This document shows positions 17,879-27,689 of a stretch of 64,000 nucleotides of DNA, piece after piece. Numbering within the stretch: the first letter of the stretch is position 1; each line of letters opens with the position of its first letter. Origin of the DNA: an uncultured Solirubrobacterales bacterium (lineage in GTDB: Bacteria; Actinomycetota; Thermoleophilia; Solirubrobacterales; 70-9); contig CAVUBT010000002.1 of NCBI GenBank assembly GCA_963739855.1, positions 124,613-188,612 on the forward strand, read 5' to 3'. Position numbers and translations under genes: made by a program. The notes below the pieces were generated by a model. The model searched no databases, was not told where the DNA came from, and saw only the letters and a list, made by a program, of their open reading frames with translations.

Positions 17879-19414
17879 GTGACCACCTCCAGCAACGACG
17901 AGAGCCTCGACGAGACCGGCGCCAAGGCTTGCGCGGGGTGCGGCGCGGCGATTTCGGGCAAGCGGGACCAGTGTCTGGAGTGTCGGTTCATGCCCTCTCC
18001 CTGGGCCGCGGCGGTCGCGGTGATGGGGATGCTCACGCTCGGCGTCCTGCTCGGCTCGGCCAGCAGTCAGGTCGCTCAGAGCGCCGGCCTCACCTCGATC
18101 CTGCTCGAAGTGCCGTCGCCGGCCCCCGCCGCGGAGAAAGCGGTCGCGGCGGCGCCGGAAGCCAGTCCCGCGCCGGCGCCGGCGCCGCCACTGCCGGCCA
18201 CGACCTCCAGCCTTCCGATCGCCCCGCCGCCACCCGAAGAACCACTGCCCGAAGCGGCGCCCGAACCGCCCCCGCCGCCAGAATTCTTCGAAGAAGAAGA
18301 AGAAGAAATGCTGCCGCCGGTCAAACACGTGTTCCTGATTGTGCTCGGCGAAAACAGCTACGAGGAAGCGTTCGGGGCGAGCTCCCCGGCTCCCTACCTG
18401 GCGCAGACGCTGGCCGCGAAAGGCGAGCTGCTATCCAATTACTACGCGGTGACGAAGGGCGTCCTCGCCAACCAGATCGCCCTGCTCAGCGGTCAGGGCC
18501 CGACTGTGGAAACGGCAGCCGGTTGCCCAACCTTCGCCGACATCGTGCCCGGCACGATCTCCGCCGCGGGCCAGGTCGAAGGGGCCGGCTGCCTCTATCC
18601 GGCGGCGGCGGCGACTCTGCCCGGTCAGCTGACCGAGAAGAAACTGAGCTGGAAGGCCTACGTCGAGGATCGCGCCGCCCCCTGCGTGCGCGAGGAAGGT
18701 TCGCGCGATCCCCTCGTCTACTTCCACTCGCTGACCGATGAGCCCGAATGCGGGCGCAACGACGTCAGCCTCGAACAGCTCGCGCCGGACCTTGAAACGG
18801 CGACGAAGACGCCTGCCCTCTCCTACATCGTCCCCAACGCCTGCCACGCCGGCGGCGAACTGCCGTGCGAAGAAGGTCAGCCGACCGGCCCCGTCGCGGC
18901 CGAAGAGTTCCTGCAGAGGGTCGTGCCGGCGATTGAAGCCTCGCCCGCCTATAAGGAAGGCGGGCTGATCGCGATCACCTCCGCCCAGGCGCGGCAGACC
19001 GGGTCGGCCCCCGATTCCAGCTCCTGCTGCATCTCCCCGACCTACCCGAACCTTCCCGCCGAAGCGGCGCCGGAAGCCGTGACCGGCCCGGTCAAAGCGA
19101 GCGGCGGCGGCGGGCGCGTCGGCCTGCTCCTGATCTCGCCCTTCGTCGCTCCCGGCACGGTCAACGAGAGCGGCTACTACAACCACTTCTCGCTGCTCTT
19201 CAGCATCGAGGAACTGTTCGGCCTGGAACGGCTCGGGTACGCCGCCGAAGAAGCGCTGACGGCCTTCGACGGCAGCGTCTACAACTACGAAACGTCGAGC
19301 AGCAGCGCCAGCTGCCGCGACTGCGCCAACAGGGTGCCGTCGGCCGACCAGAGCTCGCCGTCTTCCTCGAAGAACCCGTGGCGGGCGATATTCGACCTGA
19401 AGGAGACGAGGTAG
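17879..19414 (+). CDS. zinc-ribbon / TM-anchored phosphoesterase-family protein (PLC/AcpA-like)
   Basis: CAGCGAAISGKRDQCLEC (CxxC-x10-CxxC), TM AAAVAVMGMLTLGVLLG, a Pro/Ala linker, then ...VKHVFLIVLGENSYEEAFG...LSNYYAVT...SYIVPNACHAGG... like the phosphoesterase family. The start is GTG 17879 or GTG 17786. The last ~40 codons are antisense to the next gene. Confidence 0.65.
   Translation: MTTSSNDESLDETGAKACAGCGAAISGKRDQCLECRFMPSPWAAAVAVMGMLTLGVLLGSASSQVAQSAGLTSILLEVPSPAPAAEKAVAAAPEASPAPAPAPPLPATTSSLPIAPPPPEEPLPEAAPEPPPPPEFFEEEEEEMLPPVKHVFLIVLGENSYEEAFGASSPAPYLAQTLAAKGELLSNYYAVTKGVLANQIALLSGQGPTVETAAGCPTFADIVPGTISAAGQVEGAGCLYPAAAATLPGQLTEKKLSWKAYVEDRAAPCVREEGSRDPLVYFHSLTDEPECGRNDVSLEQLAPDLETATKTPALSYIVPNACHAGGELPCEEGQPTGPVAAEEFLQRVVPAIEASPAYKEGGLIAITSAQARQTGSAPDSSSCCISPTYPNLPAEAAPEAVTGPVKASGGGGRVGLLLISPFVAPGTVNESGYYNHFSLLFSIEELFGLERLGYAAEEALTAFDGSVYNYETSSSSASCRDCANRVPSADQSSPSSSKNPWRAIFDLKETR
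18290..18307 (+). repeat. (GAA)6 trinucleotide repeat encoding EEEEEE
   Basis: GAAGAAGAAGAAGAAGAA read directly, in frame in the linker of the phosphoesterase gene. It is conspicuous in this GC-rich context. Confidence 0.9.
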
Positions 19415-20115
19415 GGATCCTCGGCGCTCGCGCCCGCCGGCGGCAGCGGCGAGCGGAAGTGCACCGTGTAGTCGATCGTCGGCGCCCCGTGCGGGCGCTC
19501 GAGCTTGACGAAGGGGGCCGGGAACCAGGTGTCGAGGAAGGCCGCCGCCAGCGGCGCGTCGAGCAGGCGCGGCTCGCGGGTGCGGATCCAGGCGCCGGTG
19601 TGGGGGGCGCCGCCGGAGAACGCCGGCTCGCCGAGGGCGGGGCGGACGCGATAGTTCTGCAGCATGTTCGGCCGGCTGGCCCGGGTTTCGGGGTCGATCG
19701 TGTGCAGCTCGCCGGGCTCGCCGGCGGCGGGCATGGTCAGCTCGGAGAAGCCGCCCTCGCCCCAGTCCTCCGAGAGCACCGCCTGCGCGGTCGCCTGCAC
19801 CTTGCCCTCCTGGGTCATCCGCGCCGAGAGGAAGGTGACGCGGCCGCCCTCGCGCTCGACCTCGACGGCGATCTCAACCGGGCCGGCCAGCGGCGCCCGC
19901 TGATAGTGGACGGTGAGCGAACGCGGCGCCCGCTCGGCGCTCGCGCTCGCCTGGATCGCGCGCAGGATCACCGCCGCCACGTAGCCGCCGTTGGGCCCCT
20001 TGCCGACCCACCAGCGTTCGCTCATCGTCGCCGCGAAGCGGCCGCCGCCGAGCTCCTCGACGGCGGTGTCGGCGTCGAACCCGGGCAGGACGACCGTGCC
20101 CGTCTCCAGTCTCAC
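19285..20115 (-). CDS. acyl-CoA thioesterase-like (double hot-dog) protein
   Basis: The GTG at 20115 overlaps the mmpL stop (GTGA). ...WWVGKGPNGGYVAAVILRAI...SLTVHYQRAP...TIDYTVHF... is typical of TesB-like thioesterase-family proteins. Confidence 0.7.
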   Translation of the reverse strand: MRLETGTVVLPGFDADTAVEELGGGRFAATMSERWWVGKGPNGGYVAAVILRAIQASASAERAPRSLTVHYQRAPLAGPVEIAVEVEREGGRVTFLSARMTQEGKVQATAQAVLSEDWGEGGFSELTMPAAGEPGELHTIDPETRASRPNMLQNYRVRPALGEPAFSGGAPHTGAWIRTREPRLLDAPLAAAFLDTWFPAPFVKLERPHGAPTIDYTVHFRSPLPPAGASAEDPYLVSFRSNIARHGFFEEDGELWSADGTLLAQSRQLALLLDVS

Positions 20116-22265
20116 GCGCTCTCCGGTTCGGGGCGGCTGGCGACGGGCGGCGCCTGCTCGCTGATCCCGAAACGGTCGTGCAGGCGCCGCAGCGGCGCCG
20201 GCGCCCACCAGTTCCACTTGCCGAGCAGCTCCATCAACGAGGGGACCAAGAGGGCGCGGACGATACTGGCATCGATCAGCACCGCCAGCGCCGTGCCGAC
20301 CCCGTTCTCCTTGATGAAGATGATCTGCGAGGTGGCGAAGGCTCCCATCGCGACCGCGAACAGCAGCGCCGCGGCGGTGACGATCCGCCCGGTCCGCTCC
20401 AGCCCGATCGCCACGCACTCCGAATCGGAGGCGCCGTTGTCGCGCGCCTCCTTGATCCGCGAGAGGAGGAAGACCGCGTAGTCGGTGGAGAGGCCGAAGG
20501 CGACCGCGAAGAGCAGGATCGGCATCGTCTGCTCGATCGCCCCCGGGCTGGAGTAGTCGAGGAAGCCCTCCAGGCGGCCGTCCTGGAAGATCAGCACCAG
20601 CAGGCCGAAGACGGCGCTGAGGTTGAGGAAGTTCATGATCAGCGACTTGATCGGCAGGATCACCGAGCCGGTCATCAGGAAGAGGATGACCAGGGTGGCG
20701 ACGATCACGATCGCCAGCGCGATCGGCAGGTGGCTGGAGAGGCTGCTCTGGAAGTCGATGAAGTCGGCGCTGGCACCGCCGACCAGCACGCTGGCGCCCG
20801 CTGGCGGTGGGATCGCCCGGATCCCCTTCACCGTCTCCTGGCTGGCAGCGGAGACGAAGGGGTTGGCGGAGACCGCCTGGATCGCGCTGACGCCGCCCCG
20901 CAGCCGCTGCGGGGGCAGGACTTCGGCGACCCCGGGGACGCGCTCGACCGCGGCCGCCACCGACGCCGCTGCCCCCGGCCCGCCGCCGTCGACGCTGACC
21001 CAGATCGGCGTCTCGTGGTAGGGCGGGAAGCGTTCGCTGACCGTGTCGTAGGCCTGGCGGGCGCTGGCCGACTCCGGCAGCACGCTGGGGTCGACGGTGT
21101 TGAACTTGATCCCGAGGAAGGGCAGTCCCATGACGATCAGCAGCAGCGCGCTGAGCGTCGCCACCGGCAGCGGCCGCCGCATAACGAAGCGCGAGAGCCG
21201 GTACCAGAAGCCGTTCTCGTCGACCTCGGTGTCGGCCTCGGCGCGGCGCTGCAGGAACTTCGGCGCGCCGGCGTTGACCCGCGAGCCGAGCAGGGTCAGC
21301 ACGGCGGGCAGGACGGTCAGCGAGATCAGCGCCGCGAACAGCGCCACCAGGGCACCGCCGAGGCCCATCGAGTAGAGGAAGCGCTGGGGGAAGACGAGCA
21401 GCGAGGCGAGCGCCGCGGCGACGGTCAGCGAGGAGAAGAAGACGGTGCGGCCGGAGGTGGCAAGCACCCGCCGCATCGCCGCCAGGCCGGGCCCGCTCCT
21501 GGCGATCTCCTCGCGATAGCGGGAGACGATGAAGAGGCTGTAGTCGATCGCCAGCCCCAGCCCCAGCGCCGTGGTCAGGTTGAGGGCGAAGATCGAGATC
21601 GAGCCGAATTCGCTGGCCAGGCGCAGGATCAGGAAGGTGCCGACGATCGCCAGGCCGCCGATCATCAGCGGCAGCACGGCGGCGACGAGGCTGCGGAAGA
21701 ACAGCAGCGAGAGCAGGAAGAGCAGCGGGAAGGCGAGCATCTCGGCCATTTTCAGGTCCTTCTCGACCTGCTTGTTGACCTGCTCCTGGGCGACCGCGAA
21801 GCCGCCGACGACGACGCCGGGATTGGCGGCGAGCCGGTCGGCGATCTCGCCACCGGCTTCCTGCAGCTCTTTGTCCCCGGTCGGCTTCAGGGAGATCGCG
21901 AAGTAGCTGGACTGGCCGTCGCGGGAGACGAAGGCGGGGGAGCGGGTGTCGTAGTAGCCGGTTACCGACTCGACGTCGGCGCGGCGGCGCACGCTGCGCT
22001 CCAGCGCCTCGACCCGGGCGCGGCTGGAGGCCGCGGCGACCGGGGCGTCTTCGACCACGGCGAGGACCGCCGGCACCCGCAGGCCGGCATCCTGGAGCTG
22101 TTCCCTCGCCTGCACCGTCTCGGTCGCCGGATCGTCGGCCCCGTAGGGGTCGAGGCGGCTGGCGACCCCGCCGCCGATCGCGCCGGCGAGGATGAAGAAG
22201 AGGATCGCGAAGATGCCGATGCGGCGGGCGTTGCCGTCGGCGAAGCGGGCGAGGGCGTCAAACAT
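20112..22265 (-). CDS. MMPL family transporter (RND superfamily)
   Basis: 717 aa with two 6-TM bundles and two extracytoplasmic loops. MFDALARFADGNARRIGIFAILFFILAG... and ...LGLAIDYSLFIVSRYREE... / ...GLSTDYAVFLLSRIKEA... motifs. Confidence 0.9.
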   Translation of the reverse strand: MFDALARFADGNARRIGIFAILFFILAGAIGGGVASRLDPYGADDPATETVQAREQLQDAGLRVPAVLAVVEDAPVAAASSRARVEALERSVRRRADVESVTGYYDTRSPAFVSRDGQSSYFAISLKPTGDKELQEAGGEIADRLAANPGVVVGGFAVAQEQVNKQVEKDLKMAEMLAFPLLFLLSLLFFRSLVAAVLPLMIGGLAIVGTFLILRLASEFGSISIFALNLTTALGLGLAIDYSLFIVSRYREEIARSGPGLAAMRRVLATSGRTVFFSSLTVAAALASLLVFPQRFLYSMGLGGALVALFAALISLTVLPAVLTLLGSRVNAGAPKFLQRRAEADTEVDENGFWYRLSRFVMRRPLPVATLSALLLIVMGLPFLGIKFNTVDPSVLPESASARQAYDTVSERFPPYHETPIWVSVDGGGPGAAASVAAAVERVPGVAEVLPPQRLRGGVSAIQAVSANPFVSAASQETVKGIRAIPPPAGASVLVGGASADFIDFQSSLSSHLPIALAIVIVATLVILFLMTGSVILPIKSLIMNFLNLSAVFGLLVLIFQDGRLEGFLDYSSPGAIEQTMPILLFAVAFGLSTDYAVFLLSRIKEARDNGASDSECVAIGLERTGRIVTAAALLFAVAMGAFATSQIIFIKENGVGTALAVLIDASIVRALLVPSLMELLGKWNWWAPAPLRRLHDRFGISEQAPPVASRPEPESA

Positions 22266-22813
22266 CAGCTACTCCTTTTCTCGGGAGCGGAGTCGAGGAT
22301 CTGGGCCTCCATCCGCTCGCACCAATCGGCAAACCATTCGGTGAACTCGATGCCGCCCCGCAGCACCATCAGCGGGAACGGGTCAGACTTGGCCGCCGCC
22401 ATCGGCTCCATGGCGAGCAGCTGAGCGTGGACGGAGCGGCGGTAGTCCCGCATCGCCCGCAGGACCTCGGCCGCCTCCTGGCGTGGCAGGGCGTCGGCGA
22501 AGAACAGTTTCAGCAGCCCTTCCTCGCGCATCTCGAAGGTTCGCGGCGGCTGGCGCAGCCAGGCCTTCAGCTCCTCCTCGCCGTCGGCGGTGATCTCGTA
22601 GACGGTTCGTTTGCGGCCACCCGTGGGAGCGGCGACTCCCTCGATCAGTCCCGCCTCCGAGAGCCGTTTCAGCTCCGGATAAATTTGGCCGTAGCTGGCG
22701 GCCCAGAAGAACCGCGTCGTCTCGTCGACCACGGCCTTGATCTCATAGCCGGACTTCGGCGCCCCGCGGATCATTCCGAGGATCACGTAGGCGGTTGCGC
22801 TCAGCTGCTCCAT
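22265..22813 (-). CDS. PadR family transcriptional regulator
   Basis: ...YVILGMIRGAPKSGYEIKAVVDETTRFFWAASYGQIYPELKRLSEAGLIEG... Its stop overlaps the mmpL start. Confidence 0.9.
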   Translation of the reverse strand: MEQLSATAYVILGMIRGAPKSGYEIKAVVDETTRFFWAASYGQIYPELKRLSEAGLIEGVAAPTGGRKRTVYEITADGEEELKAWLRQPPRTFEMREEGLLKLFFADALPRQEAAEVLRAMRDYRRSVHAQLLAMEPMAAAKSDPFPLMVLRGGIEFTEWFADWCERMEAQILDSAPEKRSS

Positions 22814-22824
22814 CTCCTGTCAGT

Positions 22825-22865
22825 ATATATCGCTCCGATATATCTAAAAGTGTGATCCTGATCAC
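22825..22865. promoter_or_regulatory. two palindromes in the AT-rich padR upstream region (candidate operators)
   Basis: ATATATCG-CTC-CGATATAT (22825-22843) and GTGATC-CT-GATCAC (22852-22865), starting 12 nt upstream of the padR ATG. Confidence 0.45.
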
Positions 22866-22916
22866 TTATGGTCGTCCCTCTAGCTCGTTTGCCCACAACT
22901 TCAGAAGGAGCCAAGA

Positions 22917-23150
22917 ATGGCGCTTGACCAGAGCAAGATCGGCCGGGTCGTAGCCGAGCAGATGGAGGCGATCGAAGGCGACTACGGCGACGACTGCGAA
23001 ATCGGCGACGTCTGCACGATCGTCGAGGTGGTCGGCCCGCACGGCTCCCACGTCCGCGTCCGCAGCAGCGACATGCGCCCCCACAGCGGCCTCGGCCTTG
23101 TGCGCATGGCCGAACAGGCGATGCTCGGGAACCTGGGCGGAGGGTCATAG
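22917..23150 (+). CDS. small acidic hypothetical protein
   Basis: 77 aa with a strong SD (AGAAGGAG) 7 nt before ATG 22917. No family recognised. Confidence 0.65.
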   Translation: MALDQSKIGRVVAEQMEAIEGDYGDDCEIGDVCTIVEVVGPHGSHVRVRSSDMRPHSGLGLVRMAEQAMLGNLGGGS

Positions 23151-23263
23151 AAGCGTCATTGAAGGGTGGAAACGATGGCTGCGATACCCGGAGAAACTCC
23201 TGCGGGGAAGGTCATGAGTGAAGCGATCGAGTTGGCGATCGCCGAAGAGTCGCCTGCAGCGAG

Positions 23264-23767
23264 CTAATGCCGCCGGTCGCTGTCGGCAGCCGCTAAATCG
23301 CAGTAGCTCCCGCCGATGAGGTTGGCGTCTTCGATGTCGAATGCCTGGCGCAGGATCTCGACCCGCGTTTCGGCGCTGGAAGCGTCGCTGTCGGCGATCG
23401 CCTCGAACTCGATGAAGTGACCGAGGCCGTCGACCCGATCCAGGTGGATGCGCACCTCTTCCCAGATGAACAGCCGCCGCTCTTTCGCGACCACGACCTC
23501 GACGCCAAGGGTGCTGGCAAGGGCGGCCTTCAGCTCGTCGGCCTTCTCGACCGGGACGATTCGGTAGCGGCTCTGGCGCTGCCCGGCACGATCTGAGCGC
23601 TCATAGGCGATCAGCTGCGCCTCCGCGCCCTCTTCCTCGCGCAGCTTCAGTCGTCCACGCTGAGTGCCGAAGTAGGTATCGCGCTGGACGAGCAGGGAGC
23701 GGTCTTCGGCACCAAGGGTCGCGCACGCCGTCAGTGACCGTTCGGGGTCGGGATCCCTGGCCTTCAA
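23264..23767 (-). CDS. CYTH-domain protein (class IV adenylate cyclase / triphosphatase-like)
   Basis: ...ELKARD...QRDTYF....GRLKLREEEG..AQLIAYER.......SRYRIVPV...VVVAKERRLFIWEEVRIHLDRVDGLGHFIEFEA... matches the CyaB/CYTH pattern. TTG start. Confidence 0.75.
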   Translation of the reverse strand: MKARDPDPERSLTACATLGAEDRSLLVQRDTYFGTQRGRLKLREEEGAEAQLIAYERSDRAGQRQSRYRIVPVEKADELKAALASTLGVEVVVAKERRLFIWEEVRIHLDRVDGLGHFIEFEAIADSDASSAETRVEILRQAFDIEDANLIGGSYCDLAAADSDRRH

Positions 23768-23848
23768 CTCGATGTTTCGGCGCTCGGTGACGATTGCGGC
23801 AGCTTAGGCGGACCGCGCAGTGCCCGCTCGGACTATCCTCAGACCCTT

Positions 23849-25138
<1,290 letters not shown>

Positions 25139-25159
25139 GCCGCCGTTCATAATCGGGCG

Positions 25160-26191
25160 ATGGCGGGCGACGGATACAGAGTCGGAGTCGTGGGCGCGAC
25201 CGGGCTGGTCGGGACCACGATCCTCGAGCTGCTCGCCGCTCGCGACTTCCCGGTCTCCGAGGTCGTTCCCTTCGCCTCGGCGCGCTCCGCTGGCCGCGAG
25301 CTGGAGTGGAAGGGCTCGACCATTGCCTGTCGTGAGCTCAGCGAGGACTCGATCCAGGGCCTCGACGTCGTCCTCTCCTCCGCCGGCGGCGCGATCAGCG
25401 CCGAGTGGACGCCGCACCTGGTCGAGGCCGGCGCCGTGGTCGTCGACAACACCAGCTACTGGCGCATGCACGACGACGTGCCGCTGGTCGTAGCCGAGGT
25501 CAACCCGGAGGCGCTCGACTCCCACAAAGGGATCGTCGCCAACCCCAATTGCTCGACCATGCAGATGGTCGTCGCGCTGAAGCCCCTATATGACGAGGCC
25601 GGGATCGAGCGGCTGGTGATCTCCACCTACCAGGCGGTCTCCGGCACCGGCAAGGCGGCGATCGACGAGCTGCGCGAGCAGGCGCGGGCGGTGCTGGCGG
25701 GGGAGGACCCGGTGGCGGGCGTCTACCCGCACCCGATCGCCTTCAACGCCCTCGCCCAGGCCGGCAGCTTCCCCGCCGGCGACGACCACACCGACGAGGA
25801 GCGCAAGCTGATCAACGAGACCCGCAAGATCCTCGGCGACGAGAAGATCCGGGTCAGCGCCACCTGCGTGCGGGTGCCGGTCGTGACCGGCCACTCCGAG
25901 GCGGTCAACGTCGAGACCCGCCAGCCGCTCAGCCCCGAGCGCGCCCGCGAGCTGCTGGCCGCCGCGCCCGGCGTCACCGTCGTCGACGATCCCGCCGCGG
26001 GTCGCTACCCGATGGCGATCGAGGCCGCCGGCAAGGACGACGTCTTCGTCGGCCGCATCCGCCGCGATCCCGGCAACAAGATGGCGCTCGACCTTTGGGT
26101 GGTCAGCGACAACCTGCGCAAGGGCGCCGCCACGAACACCGTGCAGTTGGCCGAGGTTCTGGCCGAGCGCGGCCTGCTCGGGTCGAGTTAG
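25160..26191 (+). CDS. asd: aspartate-semialdehyde dehydrogenase
   Basis: ...VGVVGATGLVGTTILELL..., active-site NPNCSTMQMV, ...STYQAVSGTGKAAIDEL... Confidence 0.92.
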   Translation: MAGDGYRVGVVGATGLVGTTILELLAARDFPVSEVVPFASARSAGRELEWKGSTIACRELSEDSIQGLDVVLSSAGGAISAEWTPHLVEAGAVVVDNTSYWRMHDDVPLVVAEVNPEALDSHKGIVANPNCSTMQMVVALKPLYDEAGIERLVISTYQAVSGTGKAAIDELREQARAVLAGEDPVAGVYPHPIAFNALAQAGSFPAGDDHTDEERKLINETRKILGDEKIRVSATCVRVPVVTGHSEAVNVETRQPLSPERARELLAAAPGVTVVDDPAAGRYPMAIEAAGKDDVFVGRIRRDPGNKMALDLWVVSDNLRKGAATNTVQLAEVLAERGLLGSS

Positions 26192-26206
26192 TCCCGCATA
26201 CCGACA

Positions 26207-27295
26207 TTAAGTCGCCCCGCCGCGACTGAGACGCCGCAGCGCGAACGGCGCCGCCACCGTGGTCAGGATCGACATCCCGACCACGACCGCGAAGAGCTCG
26301 GCGTCGACGACCCCCTCGGCGGCGCCGATCGAGGCGACGACGATCCCCACCTCGCCGCGCGGAACCATGCCGACACCGACGATCGAGGCTTCCTCACGAC
26401 CCAGCCCCCGTGCTCCGAGGTAGCCGGGGATCACCTTGGTCACGACCGCCAGGGCGGTGATCGCCCCCAGCAGCAGCAGCGCGTGGGCGCTGAACAGCGA
26501 GTCGAGGCTGAGCTCGATGCCGATAAAGGCGAAGAAGAAGGGCGGGAAGAAGGCGTAGAGGGGTTGGACTTCCTGCTCGATCGAGTTCTGGTCCTTGGTC
26601 TCGGCGACGATCATTCCGGCGAGGAAGGCGCCGATCAGTGCCGCCAGCCCGATCTGGGCCGAGAAGGCGGCGAGGCCGAGGCAGAGGATCACCGCCGGCA
26701 GCAGCGGCGAGTCGGCGAAGCGCGGCGCGTTCAGCAGCCGCGGGCGGCGCTGCAGCAGCTGCGTCCCGCCCAGCGCAACGAAGGCGACGAAGGCCACCGC
26801 CACCGCCAGGGCCAGGGCGATCTTGGCGGCGTCGACGCCGCCGTCGGCGGCCATCCCGACCGCGATCGAGAGCAGGATCAGGGCGAGGATGTCGTCGACC
26901 ACGGCGGCGCCGAGCACGGTACGGGCGGCAGGGCGGCGGGCGATCCCGAGGTCGAGGAAGGTGGCCGAGGTGATGCCGGCGCTGGTCGCCGCCAGGGCGG
27001 CGCCGAGGAAGACGCTGGTTTCGGTGCTTTCGCCGAGCGCCAGACCCAGCCCGATCCCGGCCAGGAAGGGGAGGGCGACGCCGGCGCTGCCGACGGTGAG
27101 CGCGATCCGCCCGACCGCGCGCATCTCCGAGAGCTTCGTCTCCAGCCCGACCCAGAAGAGCAGGAAGACGACGCCGAGCTCGGAGAAGACCCGCAGCACC
27201 TCGTTGACCTCGACCCAGCCAAGGATCGAGGGCCCGACCAGGACGCCGCCGAGAATCTCGCCGACGATCGCCGGCTGCCCGATCCGCTTGAACAC
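26207..27295 (-). CDS. cation:proton antiporter (Na+/H+ exchanger family); the true N-terminus probably lies upstream
   Basis: ...RIGQPAIVGEILGGVLVGPSILG... The first canonical start (GTG 27295) cuts off a family-typical first helix (LTDLFLVLVAAKLGDEV) that is encoded in frame upstream as far as the TAG at 27404-27406. Confidence 0.75.
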   Translation of the reverse strand: MFKRIGQPAIVGEILGGVLVGPSILGWVEVNEVLRVFSELGVVFLLFWVGLETKLSEMRAVGRIALTVGSAGVALPFLAGIGLGLALGESTETSVFLGAALAATSAGITSATFLDLGIARRPAARTVLGAAVVDDILALILLSIAVGMAADGGVDAAKIALALAVAVAFVAFVALGGTQLLQRRPRLLNAPRFADSPLLPAVILCLGLAAFSAQIGLAALIGAFLAGMIVAETKDQNSIEQEVQPLYAFFPPFFFAFIGIELSLDSLFSAHALLLLGAITALAVVTKVIPGYLGARGLGREEASIVGVGMVPRGEVGIVVASIGAAEGVVDAELFAVVVGMSILTTVAAPFALRRLSRGGAT

Positions 27296-27472
27296 CTCGT
27301 CGCCGAGCTTGGCGGCGACGAGGACGAGGAAGAGGTCGGTCAGGACCCCCGCCGTGTCGCTGGCGGAGGCGAGTGGGAGGAGAATGGACTCGATCGCCCC
27401 AGGCTATGCGGTGCGGGGAAAAGTCACACTTTGGCGAACCACATGTAATGTTTTGTCCGCTAGCCTGCGTGC

Positions 27473-27682
27473 ATGGAGCAAGGACGAACCAATTGGAACG
27501 ACGATCGCCTCGACCACCTGTCGGAACAGGTCGACTCGTTGAGAAGTCACATGGATGAACGGTTCGAGAAGCAGGATGCACGCATTGGCGCCCGCTTCGA
27601 CGCTCTCCAGCACTCGATGATCATCACCCTTGCAGGGATCCTCGCTGCCTTTGGCAGCGCCCTGTTGGCGATTCGGCTCTAA
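27473..27682 (+). CDS. small coiled-coil protein with C-terminal TM anchor
   Basis: 69 aa: ...DDRLDHLSEQVDSLRSHMDERFEKQDARIGARFDALQHSM + IITLAGILAAFGSALLAI. GC3 is lower than in neighbouring genes. There is no obvious SD. Confidence 0.5.
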   Translation: MEQGRTNWNDDRLDHLSEQVDSLRSHMDERFEKQDARIGARFDALQHSMIITLAGILAAFGSALLAIRL

Positions 27683-27689
27683 TCGCTTA

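Noticed and set aside
23175-23267. 30-aa ORF (MAAIPGETPAGKVMSEAIELAIAEESPAAS) with a weak SD between the 77-aa gene and the CYTH gene
   Set aside because: It is very short, uses many A/T-ending codons unlike its neighbours, overlaps the CYTH gene stop, and has no recognisable features. The evidence is insufficient.
23768-23848. Lysine riboswitch (L-box) upstream of ask
   Set aside because: The gap is only ~80 nt, which is too short for an L-box, and it shows none of its conserved helices.
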